From Terriglobia bacterium (GTDB lineage: Bacteria; Acidobacteriota; Terriglobia; 20CM-2-55-15): DNA of 64,000 nt. A model generated the notes under the pieces. That model saw nothing but the letters and a program-made list of their open reading frames with translations. It searched no databases and was not told the origin of the DNA. The DNA lies in contig CBDHGK010000041.1 of NCBI GenBank assembly GCA_965263045.1, positions 1,909,514 to 1,973,513 of the forward strand, given 5' to 3'. The translations under genes and the position numbers were made by a program. Position 1 is the stretch's first letter, and the number at the start of each line of letters is the position of its first letter. Of this stretch, positions 58,281 to 64,000 are shown piece by piece.

Positions 58281-59312
58281 ATGTTCGATTCAGCTAGAAC
58301 CGTAGCCATCGAATCGGTTGTGGCTCTGGGCATTCTTTTGGTCGTCAGCGGGTGTCAGACCGAGGTGCTACACCCGGGCACCCCCTCCGGCCTCAGGGTC
58401 GAACGATTAGCGGGCAACCCCATTATCCGTCCTGAAATGCTTCCAGATAGACTGGGAGAGAACATCAACGGTCCTTCACTGATTCGTGTCCCGGAATGGA
58501 TAGAGGGCGCACTCGGCCGTTACTATTTGTACTTCGCGCATCACCACGGATCTTTCATCCGATTAGCTTACGCGGACGACCTGGCCGGGCCCTGGACGAT
58601 TCATGAACCCGGATCTCTTCACGTCGATCACACAGCCTGCAATGAGCTTGAGGGCACCCGGTTTGACCAGAATATGCATATCGGATCGCCCGAAGTACAG
58701 GTCGACGACGAATCACGTCAGATCAGGATGTACTTCCATTGTCCCGTGTTCGTTGAAGGTACTGACCCTCCTAACGACCGAAGACGACAACGGACATTTG
58801 TTGCGACTTCCACGGACGGCCTCAGCTTTCGGTCCTATCCGGAGCGTCTGGGAAGAGGTTATTTCAGGGTCTTTCGCTGGGCTGGATTCTATTACTCAAT
58901 CAGCTACGGCGGAATGTTTTATCGATCCAACGACGGACTGAGTGGATTCAGCCCGGGGACTGAGGTGCTCAATGCCAATACGCGACATTTTGCGGTAATA
59001 GTTAGAAACGACAGGCTGCTCGTGTTCTATACATTGAGAGGCGATAATCCTGAAAGGATCGTGGTATCTGATATCGATCTGAGTTCAGACTGGACCACCT
59101 GGTCTATAAAAGATCCCCTTGTCGTCCTTGAACCGGAATTCGACTGGGAAGGCGGGAACCTGCCGGCAGTGGCCTCGGCTGGGGGGATTGTAAGGGAGCC
59201 CGTTCGCCAGCTGCGTGATCCGGCCATTTTTGAAGACGCGGGCCGGACCTATTTGCTCTACAGCACTGCCGGCGAGTCTGGAATTGGCATCGCCGAGATC
59301 TACCTGAATTGA
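58281..59312 (+). CDS. hypothetical lipoprotein, possibly beta-propeller glycoside-hydrolase-like
   Basis: LVVSGC lipobox. Weak resemblance to GH43-like N-terminal motifs. Confidence 0.35.
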   Translation: MFDSARTVAIESVVALGILLVVSGCQTEVLHPGTPSGLRVERLAGNPIIRPEMLPDRLGENINGPSLIRVPEWIEGALGRYYLYFAHHHGSFIRLAYADDLAGPWTIHEPGSLHVDHTACNELEGTRFDQNMHIGSPEVQVDDESRQIRMYFHCPVFVEGTDPPNDRRRQRTFVATSTDGLSFRSYPERLGRGYFRVFRWAGFYYSISYGGMFYRSNDGLSGFSPGTEVLNANTRHFAVIVRNDRLLVFYTLRGDNPERIVVSDIDLSSDWTTWSIKDPLVVLEPEFDWEGGNLPAVASAGGIVREPVRQLRDPAIFEDAGRTYLLYSTAGESGIGIAEIYLN

Positions 59313-59449
59313 TTTTGATGGCACCAGGGGTGCCGTATCGAAATACAGCAGACTCAAGATTGTGAATCCACTCGATACGGACCCGATTAAGTACGTGTTC
59401 TATAGTATTTTATCGGATACTGCGTGAAGTGTTCCGACGGGCCACACCC

Positions 59450-59476
59450 AACAAAAAAGGCCACCTTCCGGTGACC
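59450..59476 (-). terminator. Rho-independent terminator (7-bp stem, GGAA loop, U6); duplicate of the tRNA terminator
   Basis: aaaaaaggccaccttccggtgacc read on the minus strand gives ggucaccggaagguggcc + UUUUUU. Confidence 0.5.
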
Positions 59477-59807
59477 TTAGCTGCCTGCTGACGTTCCCCC
59501 TGTTTGGAGATCAGCCAAGACCGGGACAGCATTGCGTGATAGCCCGTCAGATTGGTCCGATCAGAAAAGATTCTTAGTTTTTCAAGGGAATCCACGCGAA
59601 ATGCTCTGACGGGCTTTATTGTCACAGCGGCGGAAGTCTCCCAGGTGCGCGGGAGAGCGTACGGTGGAGACGTTGGGACTGACCCTGTCGGGATATGCTC
59701 AAAGGCGTAGCGTGAAGCATGATAGTCTGAGCCTCCACCCGCAGAATAGGTCAAAAGGTCATTTCGATGGGGATTCCGTCAAGTGAACTTGTCACCGTGA
59801 ACACACC

Positions 59808-61193
59808 ATGAAGCAGCGTCGTCGGAAGGCACTATTCGGTGTCATGGCGATCGTCTGTTCAATCGGCATCTCGTTGGCCATTGCGGAAGGGGCACTTCGG
59901 CTGCTTGGCTTTGAATACAACTATGACCTGAAGATCGAGCACACCGGAGAGGAGTGGCGTGACTACCTCATGTTCGAAGAACAAATGTTCGAGCCGGACC
60001 CAATCTTGCTGTGGAGGCCCAGGAACTCAGACGACGACTATGTCCCGTTCAACAGCTATGGGTATAGAGGTCGGGAAGTCGATAGGACGAAGGGCGACGA
60101 TGAGCTGAGAGTGCTCGCTGTGGGAGATTCGAATACCTTAGGTCCGGCTGGATACTCGTGGCCGGGTTTCCTGCAGGAGGTCCTGGATTCTTCGTGTCCA
60201 AACATCGTCCCGACGGTGTTAAACGCTGGCGTCTACGGCTATTCTTCATTTCAAGGCGTGCGTCGCTTCGAAGAGGGCTTGCAGTTTGCCCCTGACGTTG
60301 TCCTGGTCTCGTTCGGATGGAATGACGCCATTACAACCACGAATTTGCCCGACAAATACTATGGCGAAAGGGCTTTGCGGTTTTCATCGATCAAACGTTT
60401 TCTGGCCCGGAAAAGCCGAATCTATCATTTGGTACGCGCCGCGTCGGACAGGTTGCTCGGTGAATCTTTACTCACGGCCGAGACGTCCGGCATTGCTCCC
60501 CGTGTCACCGAGGCAGACTATCGAAGCAACCTCACGTCGATTGTCACGGCATCGCTGGAAAGAGGAATACTGCCGATTCTCCTGACCCGTCCAAACGTCG
60601 TCAATCTGGACTCGGAGTTCGCTCCGGTGTTGGCGTGGCGGCTCAACCTGACAAATTACAATAAAATCGTTGGTGAGGTGGCGCGTCAGTTCGAGATTCC
60701 GCTAGTCGATGCATACGAGATTTTTGCCGGTCTACCCCAACAATTCCTTGACGAAAATCACCTGACGGAATCCGCTGCGGGCCACCTGGCCGGACGAGTT
60801 TATTCGGAGATCAACGCGAATTTCGATGACTGTGCGGAATACACGGCACCAGGGGAAACCAGCCGTCGGGCCGGGTCAGCTCCAGCAGCCGATGTGACGT
60901 ATGTGGATTCAGATTCAATCCGGTTGAGAATCGAGCCACTGGATGTCGTCGCTGGCCGAGATTCCTATTGGCTGTGGCTGGAAGGCATAGAGTCCGGAAA
61001 CTCTGCAGTGACGATCGAATACCGGCTGAACGGTGGCAGGGTTGAACGATTTCAGGCCGAGTTGGATGCCGACGGCCGAACCCGCTACTACGTCTCCCCT
61101 CTCACAAGGAAGGGCGTATATGAATTCGTCGCCTTTCAGCCATCGGACTATGACTCTTTCGTTCGATCTGACGTAAACCTTAGGGTCCGGTAG
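59808..61193 (+). CDS. SGNH/GDSL-family hydrolase with N-terminal TM helix and C-terminal extra domain
   Basis: LAVGDSNT (block I, Ser nucleophile). Internal DENH-like terminal block. Confidence 0.6.
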   Translation: MKQRRRKALFGVMAIVCSIGISLAIAEGALRLLGFEYNYDLKIEHTGEEWRDYLMFEEQMFEPDPILLWRPRNSDDDYVPFNSYGYRGREVDRTKGDDELRVLAVGDSNTLGPAGYSWPGFLQEVLDSSCPNIVPTVLNAGVYGYSSFQGVRRFEEGLQFAPDVVLVSFGWNDAITTTNLPDKYYGERALRFSSIKRFLARKSRIYHLVRAASDRLLGESLLTAETSGIAPRVTEADYRSNLTSIVTASLERGILPILLTRPNVVNLDSEFAPVLAWRLNLTNYNKIVGEVARQFEIPLVDAYEIFAGLPQQFLDENHLTESAAGHLAGRVYSEINANFDDCAEYTAPGETSRRAGSAPAADVTYVDSDSIRLRIEPLDVVAGRDSYWLWLEGIESGNSAVTIEYRLNGGRVERFQAELDADGRTRYYVSPLTRKGVYEFVAFQPSDYDSFVRSDVNLRVR

Positions 61194-61420
61194 GACTTCC
61201 GAATCGCTGGACCGTTCCCGTGGCGGCGAATACCGCACACACACCTGCCTTCTCCCTGGCAGTCCGCCACGCTCGTCCCGATCCCGTTGCAACATTTCGC
61301 ACCACTGATTCCCGGTAATCCCGGGGGCGCCGGGCAATCCGTTCACACTGATCTGCCCACCGAAATGCCCGCTGGGCTTTCGGTAACTCCAGAGGAGGAA
61401 GTGCCATCAAGTGTAACCCC

Positions 61421-61447
61421 AACAAAAAAGGCCACCTTCCGGTGACC
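61421..61447 (-). terminator. Rho-independent terminator downstream of tRNA-fMet
   Basis: Same hairpin + U6 as at 59450, located 19 nt after the tRNA 3' end. Confidence 0.6.
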
Positions 61448-61465
61448 TTTCCTGTCTGCCAAGTA

Positions 61466-61537
<72 letters not shown>

Positions 61538-61658
61538 CAACCATAGTAAGAACTCTGCTTGAGATCGTCAAGCTTCTGCACGAATCAGCGCAGACCTTGA
61601 CGTCACCAACTCATATGAATACGTGTAGCGGGAAAATAGGGAATTAGGGCTCTGACCC

Positions 61659-61961
61659 CTATTTAGGGAGGACGAGGATCACTTCGCCGGGTCGGACGAG
61701 TTTCAAGTCTTCGCGTGCGCGGCGTTCGATTTCCGTCGGTTCGGATCGGAGGTTCCGAATTTCCTGGACCAGGGCACCGTTTTCGGTCTCCAGCGTTTCG
61801 ATCTGGGTCTGAAGATCGGCCAGTTCGGATCCCTTGCGGCGGACTTCCAGCAGGCCACGGTCGCTGATGAGTGTCAGGACGAGGGTGGCCAGCGTCAAAA
61901 GCCCAAAGACCCCAAGGCCCACCCGGACCATCGCTCCATGAATTATGCTGCGGTTGTCCAT
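61659..61961 (-). CDS. ftsB: septum formation initiator FtsB/DivIC family
   Basis: 100 aa: TM helix, coiled coil, LVRPGEVI C-terminal motif. Confidence 0.7.
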   Translation of the reverse strand: MDNRSIIHGAMVRVGLGVFGLLTLATLVLTLISDRGLLEVRRKGSELADLQTQIETLETENGALVQEIRNLRSEPTEIERRAREDLKLVRPGEVILVLPK

Positions 61962-62380
61962 CGTTTTCCGTAGTCGATCAGATTAGCAGTGTTTTCCAGG
62001 CTCGCTACCCCGTCACGATATACACAGATTGGATGCAATATTTGCGTGCATCGAGTTACGATCGGACGGCTTAAGCCGAATAATCAGGCGTCGATTATAC
62101 ACTTCGCCGGGCCGGTCTAGAAGGCTTATTTGACTGCAAAATCAATGATTTCGAGCGTTCGGTCACCTTCTCTGCACGCCACAGATCGTCGGGAAATCGA
62201 TCTCCTTCCTGCCTTTGACGGTGAAACCTGTTGAATCATGGGACCCGCACTTTCTTCGCCACTGGAAGACTTCAGGCCGTTGTATGCTGCTGGAATGTGG
62301 TCGGGCGTGATGTGCATTATGCCGCCCGGTGTGCGATGGCGGACGGAGCCGGAGATCCCGGCGGTGGGTACGGGCTATTT

Positions 62381-62710
62381 ATGATTGATGCCATGATCGC
62401 GTTTGTAACTTGCGCTTCGAATGAAGAAGCGGGCCGGATCGCTGAAATACTGGTTCAGGAAAGGCTCGCGGCGTGCGTCAATGTCGGCTCGCCGGTCCGG
62501 TCCTGTTACCGGTGGGAAGGCAAAGTGAGCTGGGACAGCGAATATCTGCTCGTGATCAAGACGACTGCCGGTGCAATCGATCGGGTCCGACAGCGGGTTC
62601 TGGAAGTTCACAGTTACGATCTGCCGGAATTCATCGCCTGCAGGGTCGATGCCGGATCGACTCCGTATCTGAAATGGATCGACGATTCAGTCCGTAAAAG
62701 CGACCCGTGA
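62381..62710 (+). CDS. cutA: divalent-cation tolerance protein CutA
   Basis: IAFVTCASNEEAGRIAEILVQERLAACVN ... SVHSYDLPEFIA pattern. ATG at 62381. Confidence 0.8.
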   Translation: MIDAMIAFVTCASNEEAGRIAEILVQERLAACVNVGSPVRSCYRWEGKVSWDSEYLLVIKTTAGAIDRVRQRVLEVHSYDLPEFIACRVDAGSTPYLKWIDDSVRKSDP

Positions 62711-62771
62711 TCCAACGCTGAAGTCCGTCCCGTCGGGCGGCACCCAGTCTTACTCTTTCTTTATTCGTCCT

Positions 62772-63911
62772 TTATTCGTCGAAGGCGTTGTCGAGATCCG
62801 CGATCAGGTCTTCGATGTCTTCTATTCCCACCGAAATTCGGACCAGCCCGGACGTGATCCCCAGCCGTTCGCGGTCCTCTTCCGGCAATGATGCGTGTGT
62901 CATCGTTGCGGGATGAGAGATCAGGGTTTCGACGCCACCCAGGCTCTCGCCCAGGGAACAGAGGCGGACGCGCCCGAGAAAACGGGATGCCGCTTCCAGC
63001 GAGCCGAGGTCAAACGCGATCATCGCGCCAAAGCCCGACATCTGCCGTTTTGCCAAGTGGTGCTGCCCGTGGTCGGGAAGACCCGGATAGTACACCTTGT
63101 GCGCCTGAGGTTTCGACTTCAGGTATTGTGCGATCGTCAGCCCGTTCGAGTTGTGGGCTTCCATGCGCACCGGGAGTGTCTTGATACCGCGTAGCACCAG
63201 CCAGGAATCGAATGGTGACAGAATGGCTCCGGCCGCGTTCTGGATGAAGTGGAGCCGCTCCCCATCTTTTTCATCCTTCAGGATGACCACACCGCCGATG
63301 CTGTCGCTGTGTCCATTCAGGAACTTCGTCGTACTGTGGATGACGATATCGGCGCCCAGCGCAATCGGCCGCTGCAGGTAGGGGCTCATAAATGTGTTGT
63401 CCACCACGAGACGGCAGCCCGCATCCCGGGTCGCACTGGCAACGCCGGCGATGTCCGTAATAGACATCAGCGGGTTGGTCGGAGTCTCTACGAAGACCAT
63501 TTTGGTGTTGGGTCGGATCGCTGCGCGAACGTTGTCGACGCTTGATGTATCGACCCAACTGAACTCGACCCCGTAGTGGCTGACGATGTTGTCGAACAGC
63601 CGGATTGTCCCGCCGTAGACGTTCTCGGTACACACCGCATGGTCACCCTGCTTGAGGAGGAGTTGCGTAATCGCGGTTTCGGCGGCCATCCCCGAGGCGA
63701 AAGCGCAGGCCGATATGCCGCCCTCGAGCGCCGTCATATTCTGTTCGAGGGCGATGCGAGTGGGGTTTTCGGTTCGTCCGTATTCGTAGCCCTTGTGTTT
63801 CCCCAGACCCTCCTGAACGTAGGTCGAAGTCTGGTAAATTGGAACCGTCACCGCCCCTGTGGATGGATCGGGTTCTTGACCGGCGTGAATGGCGTCGGTT
63901 CTGAATCCCAT
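62772..63911 (-). CDS. Cys/Met-metabolism PLP-dependent enzyme (cystathionine gamma-synthase/gamma-lyase family)
   Basis: Full-length match to the MetB/MetC/CGL pattern, including the STTKFLNGHSD lysine motif. Confidence 0.85.
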   Translation of the reverse strand: MGFRTDAIHAGQEPDPSTGAVTVPIYQTSTYVQEGLGKHKGYEYGRTENPTRIALEQNMTALEGGISACAFASGMAAETAITQLLLKQGDHAVCTENVYGGTIRLFDNIVSHYGVEFSWVDTSSVDNVRAAIRPNTKMVFVETPTNPLMSITDIAGVASATRDAGCRLVVDNTFMSPYLQRPIALGADIVIHSTTKFLNGHSDSIGGVVILKDEKDGERLHFIQNAAGAILSPFDSWLVLRGIKTLPVRMEAHNSNGLTIAQYLKSKPQAHKVYYPGLPDHGQHHLAKRQMSGFGAMIAFDLGSLEAASRFLGRVRLCSLGESLGGVETLISHPATMTHASLPEEDRERLGITSGLVRISVGIEDIEDLIADLDNAFDE

Positions 63912-64000
63912 GGATATAACCTTTCGATGGAGTAACCGAATTCAGGACAAGAAGGCCCCAGATTACACGGAATTGGCGGATTAGGAAAAACCTATATCGA

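Overview
This 64-kb window is a high-GC (about 60%) bacterial chromosomal segment. Chromosomal housekeeping genes are present: panB, an initiator tRNA-fMet, ftsB, cutA, and a metB/metC-family PLP enzyme. It is rich in mobile elements: three identical 1441-bp copies of an IS256-family IS, each with its own 8-bp target-site duplication (TSD); one IS630-family IS with a TA TSD; and one IS1380-family IS with a 6-bp TSD. Five things stand out as accessory content.

(1) A recurring module of secreted proteins that I cannot assign to any characterized system. It has five paralogs of a 270-400 aa family sharing an R-W-[ED]-G-[DN]-T-L-V-V ... E-D-P core, called family X here; two of them are cut by IS256 copies. 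It also has three paralogs of a ~110 aa protein whose predicted mature N-terminus is His-His followed by a conserved NPH motif, and a tandem pair of 4-TM membrane proteins.

(2) A cluster at 43-61 kb with ACP, an acyl-AMP ligase, an LpxL-like acyltransferase, a SAM methyltransferase, a radical-SAM-like protein, GT4, GT2, two sulfotransferase-like proteins, an MsbA-like ABC exporter that is IS-disrupted, a GT-C enzyme and an SGNH hydrolase. This composition suggests biosynthesis of a sulfated acylated glycoconjugate.

(3) A noncoding 139/140-bp tandem repeat array of about 5.5 units, split by the IS1380 insertion.

(4) A thioredoxin-fold redoxin gene carrying an in-frame TGA at the first position of a W-C-x-x-C motif, which is either a candidate selenocysteine or a nonsense mutation. 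The gene is additionally split by the IS630 element.

(5) A class III nucleotidyl cyclase with a ~400 aa C-terminal coiled coil, lying downstream of an overlapping membrane-protein operon.

Smaller features include a G13 homopolymer upstream of a NYN-domain gene that itself contains an in-frame 15-bp x4 repeat, a duplicated terminator/tRNA-trailer element, and a 19-bp perfect inverted repeat.

All protein calls come from motif recognition by eye; no database search was possible.
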